A stretch of DNA of 64,000 nt. Source: Lophium mytilinum. Lineage: Eukaryota. The notes under the pieces were generated by a model. It did not search any database. It saw only the letters and a program-made list of their open reading frames with translations, and was not told where the DNA came from. Below are positions 39,123-50,114 of the stretch, one piece after another. Positions within the stretch are counted from its first letter, which is position 1, and each line of letters opens with the position of its first letter. The DNA lies in contig MU004195.1 of NCBI GenBank assembly GCA_010093605.1, forward strand, positions 186,001 to 250,000. Reading direction: 5' to 3'. The position numbers and the translations under genes are program-made.

Positions 39123-39524
39123 ATGCTTACTACTATGTATTATAAAGTGCTTGGAGAGCCTTCTTCTATTTTTCTGATATCTTACTATTACCCTATAACT
39201 CAATATTTATAATCCTACATTTCATAAGCAAGCAATAGATAACTTATAAGCTTGTAGCTGTGCTATTATAATGTATAGTGTAGCGCCCCAGCGCCCACCT
39301 TAAACACAGTTGAATACTCATTCAGCTCTAACGTAGCTGAAGAATCCTTATAAAGGTGTCAACTAAAAACATAGTTTACTTTTGAATAACATGTCTGTAA
39401 AGAAGCTGTGTTTGGGCCCCTTTCGCGCTTGTGTACAACTGGCAAGTAGAATCCGTCTGCTCTTTAATTTTTCACGCATCAATAAGCTGCGAGAGGGAAA
39501 AGGTTGTAAACCACGAGTCTAACA

Positions 39525-40583
39525 TTACGTTGATTTACAAAACAATGGTCCTAACGGTCCTGTGAGTAAGCTCTTCGAGTCATCTGCTTCCACAGCATCA
39601 AGCATCGCTTTCCCCAGCTGAACGAGTTCCGCTGTACCTTCCTCATCCGTCCACCTCATCCTCGAGTAGAAGATTATATGCACGGCGAAATGCACAACAA
39701 GCCGAATCTTGTCACGCTGCTCTAGTGGATGTTCAGTTAGATACGCCTTTAGAAAAGCTTCGAACATTCCCTTGCCACCGTGAAATCGATCGACCATCCA
39801 TGAGTCTGCAGCAAATCGCCCAACATCAGTGGCGCCGTTTCCCACACGAACAGTTTCCCAATCAATGATTGTCAACACAGGTGCCCACAGCTTGATCTCA
39901 TCCTCTTTCTCTACTTTGACAGCATCATCCTGGTTCTCGAGCTGGATGTTTGGCAGCCAGAAGTCACCATGGCATAGACACGTTTTGTCCGAAGCAGTTT
40001 CGGTGCCAAATTTCGTGTTGATGCGCTCTCCGAGAGCAGGGTCGTGGCCATGTTGTTTCAGGACAGAGGCTAGACCATTATAGGTGTATCTGAAGATGGA
40101 CTTTGCAGTTTCATTGTCGAACGTCCTCTTGACGAAATCCAGCGTGTCTGGCTCTGAAGTCTCCCTGTGCAGTTTCGCCAGCCAGGAGCCTATCCTCCGA
40201 CCGAGAAGGGGGATATCGATGTTATCGTCATTTTTATAGCTTTCTTTGAGATCTTGTGACCCCCCGTCAGACATACACATTACATGCTCGTCAGGAAAGT
40301 AGTTATACAGCTGCGGAAGGCGAACGTGCTCGTTTGTGGACATTATGTCGGGAATAGCTGTCAACGCTAAGTGCTCGTAGTCCATCCTTTCGATAGCCAG
40401 TGGGACATCAGGCATTATGCGAACGTAGGGCTCCGCATGTTTAGCGATGCTGTGCTTGCCAAGTTCTGTCTTGATACGCCAACAGAAGTTGGCTGACCCT
40501 CCAGCAAGGTCCTCAATCTCGTGGCAGGGTATGTCCTTCGAGGATAGAAAACGACGAAGTTCTAATTCGGTAGTGATTGGCAT
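39525..40583 (-). CDS. APH/choline-kinase-like small-molecule phosphotransferase
   Basis: LAGGSANFCWR loop, IAKHAEPY, CHGDFWLPNI (Brenner motif) and IIDWE; intronless. Confidence 0.88.
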   Translation of the reverse strand: MPITTELELRRFLSSKDIPCHEIEDLAGGSANFCWRIKTELGKHSIAKHAEPYVRIMPDVPLAIERMDYEHLALTAIPDIMSTNEHVRLPQLYNYFPDEHVMCMSDGGSQDLKESYKNDDNIDIPLLGRRIGSWLAKLHRETSEPDTLDFVKRTFDNETAKSIFRYTYNGLASVLKQHGHDPALGERINTKFGTETASDKTCLCHGDFWLPNIQLENQDDAVKVEKEDEIKLWAPVLTIIDWETVRVGNGATDVGRFAADSWMVDRFHGGKGMFEAFLKAYLTEHPLEQRDKIRLVVHFAVHIIFYSRMRWTDEEGTAELVQLGKAMLDAVEADDSKSLLTGPLGPLFCKST

Positions 40584-41164
40584 GATATCAGAGAGAATGA
40601 TTTGTCTAGAGTATCGTGGCGACTGTATCTTTTTAAGGTTTGTGTCTTGTCGGCATATCATCAGCAGGTGGGTTGAGAGCGTTGCGCTGCTGCCTGGGCT
40701 GCCGTATGAAGAACGGCGCAGCTCGCCTACGATTTCTCGGAACCACCATCTGTAGAATATCGCAGCTCAAAGCCATATTGATATCATCACGGTGGTTGAA
40801 GGCGCAAGCACTACAGAGCAGCCACAGATCGGACAGCCATGGGCTGGTGCGAGTCCTCAGAAACTTTGAATTACCGTCGAAAACTACATCGCACGTCCGT
40901 TATCCACTACCCCTAAACCGCCCCTTTCTACAGGCCTACTGGTTCTCTCCACGCCACATTATTGGATCCTTGGTAGTACTGTAATACCGGTGGATTTTTT
41001 GCGGGCCGGTACACTCCTGAACACAACAGATGATGACCAGGGGGACTTCCCGAGGGCTTGATGCGCCACGAACATGGAGCTCGCATATATGAAGAAAACA
41101 TAAGCTGGCACATGGACGGAAACATACTTGTCTACTCTTAAGCTGAATACCTCTTGTCATCAAT

Positions 41165-41746
41165 ATGCCCAAAGTCACCACTTTGTGGCTGACCGTTGCG
41201 GCGGCAGTAACAGTCCTCGCGACCGATGCTGCCATTGTATCGCCAGCCAGCGGGACAAAAATCAAACCTGGAGCAACCTTCGCTTTCGAGTACAGAACAG
41301 CGGCCGACTACTGCGTGTCAAGCTACAACTTCACGGTTTGGCTGGACACCCAAGATCCGACGTCCTTGTACCCTTCTAACACCTGGGCCCGAGGGGTATT
41401 CTTGGGTGAGTTTGCACTGCCAAACTACCCTGGTAGGTTTCACTGCCTGAGCCCATGTCACTGCGGGAGATTGATGTCGAGTCCCGTAGGAAACCCATAC
41501 CCAAGGAACCTTCCACCATCAAACTTTACCATGCCAGACTTCTCTATATCGCCGGGCGGGTTTGGCGTGGGTTCAAAAGTAAATGATGCTCATATCAAGC
41601 TGCTCGTACTTGAAGAGTACCAGACCTGTGCCGTGAGTAGAACTTCGTTTGTGCGCGTCGAGGTATTGACAGAGAGAATACAGGGTGGGCTAGGAAATAC
41701 GATAGGTTTTCACTATGCCAATCTGATCTATAACGCTACGAGCTGA
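41165..41746 (+). CDS. Small secreted protein (~157 aa after splicing)
   Basis: Signal peptide MPKVTTLWLTVAAAVTVLATDA. GT-AG introns 41433-41489 and 41633-41683; two Cys in the mature part. Confidence 0.78.
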   Translation: MPKVTTLWLTVAAAVTVLATDAAIVSPASGTKIKPGATFAFEYRTAADYCVSSYNFTVWLDTQDPTSLYPSNTWARGVFLGEFALPNYPGRFHCLSPCHCGRLMSSPVGNPYPRNLPPSNFTMPDFSISPGGFGVGSKVNDAHIKLLVLEEYQTCAVSRTSFVRVEVLTERIQGGLGNTIGFHYANLIYNATS

Positions 41747-42249
41747 TGTAGACTTCGTGTGCGAAAGCAAGAGGCGATAGTGAAACGTTGGTTGGGGGTC
41801 ATGTGCATGATTTGACTGATCATGCGATCAATACAATCAATCTGGCGCCCCTTTGTTCGTCCAAAGACCAAATAATATTCTCATACCTTTCTCCATCTCT
41901 TCCCCTTGCTAAACCGTCGATTGATTTCTGGAATGTTTGCATGCCACTCTCCTGGTTTCTATATCTGGCTATCTTCAGCTCTTCTGGATACGGCTTGAAT
42001 TGTCTGGGGTTTGCGAAGGTACCTAGTGCGATTTGAAGTTGTGTAAGCTGATATTGTTCCGAGGTCGAACGTAGATGAGCCTCTTCTATGTCTAATCTCT
42101 TGCTTTTCCTTAGACGTGACGATTTCATATTCGCCCCTGCTATGGTCTTTGGCTATCAAAAGCAGGATTCTTTCATTACCGCCTTGGCTGGGGCTGTAAC
42201 ATATCAGCAGGTGTTCTAGGCTAAGCACAAGTGGCGCGCTGTACTGCAT

Positions 42250-43741
42250 TTATGGATCGTAAGGGCCAATTGCTCGTCGGCCACTCAATATCTCAGGAGG
42301 ACCATCTTCCTTGACAAGGAAGACATCCTCATGACGTATACCAAACCTACCAACCAGGTAAACACCTGGCTCATTGGTGAACGTCATACCCGCACGAAGC
42401 ATCTGATTATTACCTTGATGTAGGTAGGGTGCTTCGTGCGCCTTGATTCCGATGCCGTGGCCAACACGATGTGTGAACATGGGTCCATATCCAGCTTGGG
42501 TTATGACAGTGCGAGCTGCAATATCGACATCTTTTGCCCTGCTCTCGGGTGTGAACCTCTGTGCAGCGGAGGTCTGGGCATCTAAAACTAGTTGCCAGAC
42601 TTTCAGCTTCTCTTGATGGAGCCTGAAACCAGTTTTGTGGAGGGGGGACCACCCAGAGGCAAGAAAGGTAAGAAGAGCTCCGATTCTAGAAGGCTTGGGC
42701 GGAGGAATGAAGAACGAACGGCAGATGTCTGACGAGTACCCAAGATAATGCGCTCCGACATCGATTAGGACCATAGTGTCCTGCTCCAGAACCTTGTCTC
42801 CTGTCACAAAGCCTCCATGGGGAAGTGCGGCATTTTCTTCGAACAGCACAAGGTTAAAGAAGAGAGAGAATCCGATGGATAGTAGTGTTTGGTCGAGGAC
42901 AGTCACAACTTCGTCTTCAGTGAGACCCGGGAGCAGACAGCTTCGAACTGCTCTTACTGCTTCCACGGTTCCAGTATTAACGGCTCTAAGAATTTCGATT
43001 TCCGCGGCGCTCTTCGTCTGTCGAAGGGCCTCGATTTCCATGTCCAACCCTACGGTGCTAAAGCCGTTGCTCGACAAACCACGGACAATGAAATCCCTCA
43101 TTTCCTCATCTACCATGATTATTGGGTCCTTCGTATGGGAGAACAGTCCCTGCTTCAGAGTTTGATACGGGTTCCAATGTTCTTCCCAGGTCACGATGTT
43201 CAGGCTGTGTTCTGAGGGTATTCCAAGCATCCTGACTCTTCCCTCTTCAAATTTGGGGCTCAAAAACGAGGTTTTGGCATGGATCTGTCCACCGTCTTCG
43301 ACTCTCGGTTCGACGATCATCAGAAAGGGTCGTTCCTCGGGCTCCCAAGGCTCCCACGACGTTTGAGAAATGTTGCCATAGTATTCGAAGGTATAGCCAG
43401 GTTCTAAGACGAAACCATCAACTCCAGACGCCGCAAGTGCCTTCGCCAGCTTATTCCGACGATCGATGAATTCGTGGGACGTGATTGGATGCGCATCATG
43501 GAGGAACGAGGTGTCCCGCTGGATTGTGTCGATCGAGCATTGCTGAACGCGATCGATTGCCGATTTCTGCGTGAATGGTAACTATTGAGAAAGTCAAAAC
43601 CAGAATCTCAATTTACAGAGATTAGCCTACAAGAGTCACTAATGTCAGGATGAGCAGAGCTATGAGTGCACTGCTGATTCGAATGCGATGGGTGGAAGGT
43701 TTCCCCAGTTCCCTTGCGCCTTTGGAATACTCATCCCTCAT
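42250..43741 (-). CDS. Xaa-Pro peptidase (M24B, prolidase-like) with N-terminal signal anchor
   Basis: Metal-ligand motifs IDVGAH, YSSDICRS, FTHRVGHGIG, HEAPY, TNEPGVY and RHEDV. First exon carries a hydrophobic helix; intron ~43582-43630. Confidence 0.88.
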
Positions 43742-44115
43742 CTTGGACCACGGAAATCGTCATCTCAGACTGCTCGGCTCTAGTATCATGCTGGTAGCTG
43801 TTATCGAGGCTCAGTCACAGTGGAGATGACTCGTTGGAGGTGTAGGGTAGCGTTGATAGTGAGTCTTGGCATTATATCAGCACCAAGTCACGTGAAAAAC
43901 ACGCATACTATTTCAAGTTAAAACTATTTGAAGACATTTAGATGCATTTCTTAGAGTGATAAAGTAGTCTCATAGCATAAATTTCTTAGATGGATACAGT
44001 TGATTTATGCTTTTAGTGGACGCGGGGATCCAGTCGTGCCAGTCTAGTAGAATTTAATAAGCAACTCGGCAACACTCAACACACCCCTACAGCATACTGT
44101 TGTAAGATTACTCCT

Positions 44116-46008
44116 TCATCTCGCCGCCTTCTCTTTCCACTCATTGACCAAGTCCTTGTAGTCTTCTGGCCCGTATGGGTCAAACATTTCTGCCGTGCTG
44201 CTGCTCTTCCGGTGCTTGTTGAGCCCTAAGTCGCCCAGAAGCATGTCCACATAGGGCATCGCATCAAAGACAAAATCCGGCACCCTCGCCCCATAACCGC
44301 ATGGATACCGCCATTTAACAAACCGAGAATGCAGCATCGTTACCCACCGCGCATCCCGAGTCGACGCTGGCAGGCGGGCGAGCTTTGTATCGAAGTATGC
44401 CGAGATCCAAAGCGCTTGCGTCTGAGCGCACATTGCGGTTGTGATGGTTGTCAGCATGCCTGCAAATGCGATGTTCCGATGTTCGAGGCTGTTAGGAGGA
44501 ACTATGAAGCGATAAAGGTTCAACGGAAGAGGCACTCCTTCTTCCCTGTCCTGTTGTGACAACACGGGTTGCGCCCGGAGGCGTGGGAATCGCTTCAAAA
44601 TTTCGGCATCTGCCCGTCTTTCCAGCTGCAGACTTTCCGAGTTCATGGAGTGGTGCGAGAAGTCGATCCCCGAATCTAGGCCTGGTGGTAGGAATCTCAG
44701 CGGAGGACGAGCCGTGAATCCAGTCGCGCACACAAGAACGTCTGCTTCAAGCTCTTCTCCGGTGGAAAGATGGACAGTATTCGCGGAGAGATCCGTGACA
44801 TCTGCAATATGGACTCTAATCATTCCATCCCTGACCAATGCGAAGAAGTCTGTTGGATAGTTGAGAATACTCAGCCCACTTCCAATCCAGAACGCACTGT
44901 TCCATGGCTTCAGCTTCTCCACCTCTGGATGCTTTCTGAATCCGTTCAAGGCAATAACGTCATTGCTTAAAACACTCCAAAATGCGTCCACGACTTTGCG
45001 CCCGATGAAGGTCCCATGCAGAAGTCCACGAATCCTCGAATAGCCATCCTCGTCTCCCCAGATGCAAGGGCTAAACCAGGTCAAGAATCGAGTATGTACG
45101 AGCTTTTCCAGCCACTTTCGGAATGGCGTAACGTGCGCTGGTGCCATCCAAACTGGACCTTTTCCACCTCTCCGTACAATCATATTGACTTTGACCCCGG
45201 ACGTCGCGTAGGCGTAGGCACAATCCCAGGCTGATTTCGCTGCGCCCAGAACAACGACGCTCCTCGCTGAACTGAGGGTTTTCGAGTGGTCTGGGAAGTA
45301 CCGAGAATGAAAAACCGGGTTTTGAAATTGTTCACGCCCTGGAAGGTCCGGAATATTCGGCTCAGACGCCAACCCGGTTGCAACGATTAGCCTTTTGGTG
45401 CTAAGGTACCGCGGGTGCTTCGAAGTCGTATCAGCCGGTGCAACATGAACCTTCCAACGTCCAGAATCCGAGCCCCTGCCCGAGGCATCTATGTTTGTGG
45501 GCAAGGATGAGGAGTTGGAATGTGAGTGTGCGTCCAGCATGCCAGATGAAGAGAGGAGCTTATGATTTGATAGTATTGTATCGTCACCGGATGCTTCATA
45601 CTCAATCGTTTCCACCTTCGTATTGAAGCGTATGAGTCCGAACACACCGAAGTGCTCAGCATAGTTGGTCAGATATCGGTGTAGTACTGCACCGGAAATG
45701 TGTTCTCCTGGGTTGACACCGTAGTCATGCGACATCGGATAATCGCTGAACTCATACGTTCCCAGTATATTGTTTGCTCTCAATCCCGGATAGATACGAT
45801 CCATTCCCCATACGCCTCCAGCTGTCGCAGCAGCTTCGACGACGATAACTTTCTCTGTCGGATGAAGCTGGACATACGTCTTCGCAGCTGCAAGGCCGAA
45901 CCATCCTGATCATATCAGAAAAGCTCGAAGAGATGTCATTAAATGACGCGGGCAGGCGTCCACGCTTCTCTTACCGGCACCAATGATAACCAGATCGTAG
46001 TCTTCCAT
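44116..46008 (-). CDS. Flavin-containing monooxygenase (FMO-like)
   Basis: MEDYDLVIIGAG/WFGLAAA (FAD fold, intron ~45906-45974), IVATG, FQNPVFHS, VVVLGAAKSAWD and VCATGF. Confidence 0.9.
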
Positions 46009-46626
46009 CGTCGCACTAGTTGCATTCGTTGCACTCTTGGCCTTCTGCAGACCAGTTCCGTACATAGGTGAGAAAGAAGAGCTTGTTAGTTCTTGCATGT
46101 GGCGGATCGTGTCGAAGGGCCACGAAAGAGCAACACTCCTCTCTGCTGCGCATGTGGCTGGGCGGTAGGCGCTACTGGTACCTAGTATGTACCTGAACTT
46201 TTTGAATCGGATAAACACGGTTGCTACGACAATTGGGCGAATGGTTGCACAAACAGGGCACCCCTGGAATATGGGCCGCTCTATGTCACATCGAACGAAG
46301 GACGAAAGCAGATTTGACGACTGATGTATTCTACGCCTGTATGGCTACAAGTCGAAGCACACGCTTTCACCAACGAACCCATAGAATCATTGCCAGTCGG
46401 TAATATCAAGGGGAAACCCTACTATTATTGGCTTTGGATGTTCTACCCTTAACGATCGGCATGACATCACCTTTACTCCGATGCATCCGCCTACCTTCGT
46501 ACTGAGATTTGTACAGTACCAATGCATTCATCGTCCATACAACAAAACGCCCACAAGACAATAGAGCGACATTGTTCACAGTAATCCTTAATTCGTTTGC
46601 TATTTACTGATCTCATTGTGCTCGAG

Positions 46627-46830
46627 ATGTCAAGTCCCTCGGAGCAGCCGCAGACCTTCATGCAGCGCCTCGCCACCGCGCTTGTCTATGTCCTCGCCTT
46701 CCCTTTCATCGCCATCTTCATCGGATTGAAGCGCGTTGTTACCCAGCAGAAAGAGCCGCCGCACTCATACCGTAACAAACTGCCTACCATGAAGAATTTA
46801 GGACCCAGTCAGGATGCGAAACGTCGGTAG
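46627..46830 (+). CDS. Putative small single-TM protein (67 aa)
   Basis: MSSPSEQPQTFMQRLATALVYVLAFPFIAIFIGLKR; C-ending codon bias like neighbouring genes. Confidence 0.5.
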   Translation: MSSPSEQPQTFMQRLATALVYVLAFPFIAIFIGLKRVVTQQKEPPHSYRNKLPTMKNLGPSQDAKRR

Positions 46831-47255
46831 TGGAGGATAAAGCCGGGCAGCGGAGGGCAACTTTCTTGGCATCATATCTGAATGGTGAGCTAATAAAGTT
46901 GTAACGATTTGGTTATGTTTTAAATCCATGCAGGTGAACAAGCAAAAATCATGTGGCTATCGCATCTAAAGATTTTGGACCTCAATATGGGTGGGCCACA
47001 TATTCTGGAACCTGGAGAGACTCATGCCAAGCGGCACGCCCACGGTTGCATGCGGTTCCCTCCTAGCTAGACTTCTATGATTGCGCACATCGCCCAAATA
47101 TATACAAGGGCGATATTTCTAGTGCAGGGTCGTCAAGCTTGAGTAGCTACGGGTCACAGTTTTTAACATCGCCCATTTTAAAAAGAATTGTGTCGCACTG
47201 CTGTACACACCCATCTTCTTATCCACCGTAGCTTTCCGAATTCATCATCATCGCA

Positions 47256-48998
47256 ATGGATGTCCAAACCCAGAGTGGCTTGATGAGCTTGCCAAGCGAG
47301 CTGATGTCGTCGATAGCCTCATTTCTTTCGGACTCGGATTTGACCAACTTGTGCCATGTGAGCAAATGTTGGAACGACATTGCCACGAGGGATCTATGGC
47401 AGGAGATGGGAATTGTTGTTACCGGAAACTCAATTGAAATGATAAGAAATGCCCGAAAGTTGACGCTCGACATCGGCCAAATGACCGCCCACCCTGGACC
47501 AGCTCAGATTCGGAAGCTACATCTATTCCCCGAAACTGAAGCACCCAGGAATAATCAGGCTCAGGTCACAACCGCAGTCCTTAGTGCTCTCACGCCAAAC
47601 AAGCTCATTCAATTTTCTCTCTTAGCAGCCGATGCCGATTGCTTGGGACTACTTGCGAGAAAGCAGAAACGCCTTGAGCATCTATCAATGCGGTACTGCT
47701 GCCAGTTCTGGCCTTCTTCTTTTGTCGAGACCCTATCTTTTCCCTCGCTCAAAAAGCTTTGTCTATACAAGACTCATGCCCCAACCCACGAGCTTTCCGA
47801 AGGAAGGAATAACGTGGGGGTCATCATTCAAAACGCTTCCAATCTGACTTGCCTACAATACACGTGTCTACCCGATCAAAGGGAACGATCGGGCTTGGAA
47901 AATGCTTTAAGACACAGATATGAAGGCTCCACGCACTCCCCGCTAAGGCTCCAGTCACTCATGCTGAGCGGCCAGGACTTGTCCATTGACACACTACTGG
48001 AAACTATTACTTCGAATGTTGAACTTTGCTGGATCAGGACACTTTATCTACGATGCTGTCCATACGCCCACAAGTTTTTAGCAATCCTCTCGCGAGAGAA
48101 CAAATTGCTACTCAAAACATTCGTCTTTGCACAACACAACGCCAATACTTTGCCCACGTCGACACTTACAACCTTCCTGCAATCATTTTCCGGGCTGGAA
48201 CATCTGTGCATTGATCTAAATGGAGACCAGCCACTGCCCGCAATCGAAGACTTCGGGAACCATGCCGCCACTCTCGTCACTCTCATAGTGAACCGTCGAT
48301 ATCGTCGCTATGACAGACCAGCATATTCTCTCTCCGAGATTGCGCACTTGTGTGCGTTGCTCAGCCAGCTGCAGCGACTAGCCATCCAAATCCCAGCTCT
48401 GAAATGCCCCACGAAACCAGGGGACGATTTTATCTCCCAAGCCGGCATGACGGAGTTTCTCGTAAGCACAACCTAGAAATGGTTGAATGGAAGCTAACTC
48501 CTTCTCTAGAAAGCAGTGACTACTCTTCCTTCGTTGAACACCCTGAGAATAACAAACATGCCCTGCCTGTATCGAGGGGTTCGCTCTTCTGTCGATGTTG
48601 CCGGGTTTCCACAGTGTGCTGATCAGTACCTCGAAACCTTAGAGTCTCTAGCAACGCAATGCTTCAAATATCTGCTTCAGACCCAGAAGAATTCCAAAGT
48701 GGACCAGCTTTTCTTCTCTCCTCTAACTTGTATTTCTGTTTGGTGTAGCCCCAGAGATTGCATTCATCCAGCCGGATGCAACTGCACGTCCCGCAAGATC
48801 TATCCTCAAGGCTATCGCCGACGTGTCTTGCCAGGCGGGATTGATTGCGCTGTAGTGTTTGCTGAGCCATTTCGGTTGCCCAGACATGACGATGCCCCCG
48901 GAGAACCCGAGCCAGATCCACACTTCTTACCAATTTCAGACGACGAGGGGTTTTCAAGGTACTATCACGAATGGGTTGACGGCGAAAGCAGTAGGTAG
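47256..48998 (+). CDS. F-box protein with leucine-rich repeat-like region
   Basis: LMSLPSELMSSIASFLSDSDLTNLCHVSKCWNDIA (F-box) and repeated LxxLxL motifs. Intron 48462-48509. Confidence 0.8.
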
Positions 48999-50114
48999 GT
49001 CTAGAGTGTATTCTTTTAAACGTTGAATGCGGGGTGTATTTGATTTCAACTATGCGATTTGTTTTTTCAGAATGATAATGTTTTCAATTCTCTATGAGCG
49101 CACGAGGCGAAGTCGACGGTCAGCATGTCTCCTTCAAAAGTTTCGCTAGCAGGCACCCCGTGGATCGATAGGGCCAGGCTGTAGTGTTTTCTGTTGACAT
49201 CGATTGCAAAATCTCGCAGTCTATAGATATCTCCGACGTCGTCCACAAAGTTCAGCCTCGATACTCATTGCACAAAGACATGCTGCGCTATTCCAAAAGC
49301 CCCTGGGAACACTGGAAGGGCTTCCGGCACTCGGTTTGTCGTTGTTTCAGCTGTGATGGTGGCTAATTCGATATCTATCAAGGTAGCAGAGCATCTCCAG
49401 ACGGTATGTATGTACATTGCCAATTAGGATCTCTGGGACACAAGAAAACTCAGGCAGAAATACCAATTTCATCTGCCAGACCTTGAACAGCGGCGACCTC
49501 ATGAAGTGCAGTGTCCGGATATAGCACAATCATTGGCCACGACCAGTATATAGGGTTCCCAACTATGATACGGAGTCTATTCAGGACGTTAAAAGGTCAG
49601 TGCAATTTATACCTCGGCTCCGACACGTTCTAAATGATGTTTGACTTACTCTCGATATGCTGAAACGCTCCAAACAACGGCGAGTGTATGGTAGGATTAT
49701 ATGGCATTTGATGATCCAACACCGTTCCTGAGCTATTCACATCTTGCTCGATTTCCTATCAGTAACCTAGAGCACCTCATGCAGCGACAAACTAGTGTGC
49801 ACATGACGGTCAGCTTGATTCCAGAGACCAACACAAGGTTACTTCATCTCTGATTTATATGTGGACGCCAGAGGCTTCCGTATTTTCCAGGAGCCATTGA
49901 AGAATGTTCAGATTCTAATCAAGGTTCTCCACCCCCGGGCATCAACTTCCCAGGAATCCCCAGCTCAAGACCTGATTCAATCGAGGAAAGCAATTCGATA
50001 GATGCCCATTTGGCGTGATATCCTTTCTTCTTCCCAAAAGCAACCTGAACGCCGCCCATATCCGAAGCACTTCCCCAGTTCATTCCATTTTCTCTCCACC
50101 CCTAACCCCGGCCC

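Noticed and set aside
49070..49420. Interrupted minus-strand frame (LNFVDDVGDIYRLRDF...)
   Set aside because: No recognisable motifs and an internal stop; insufficient to call a pseudogene.
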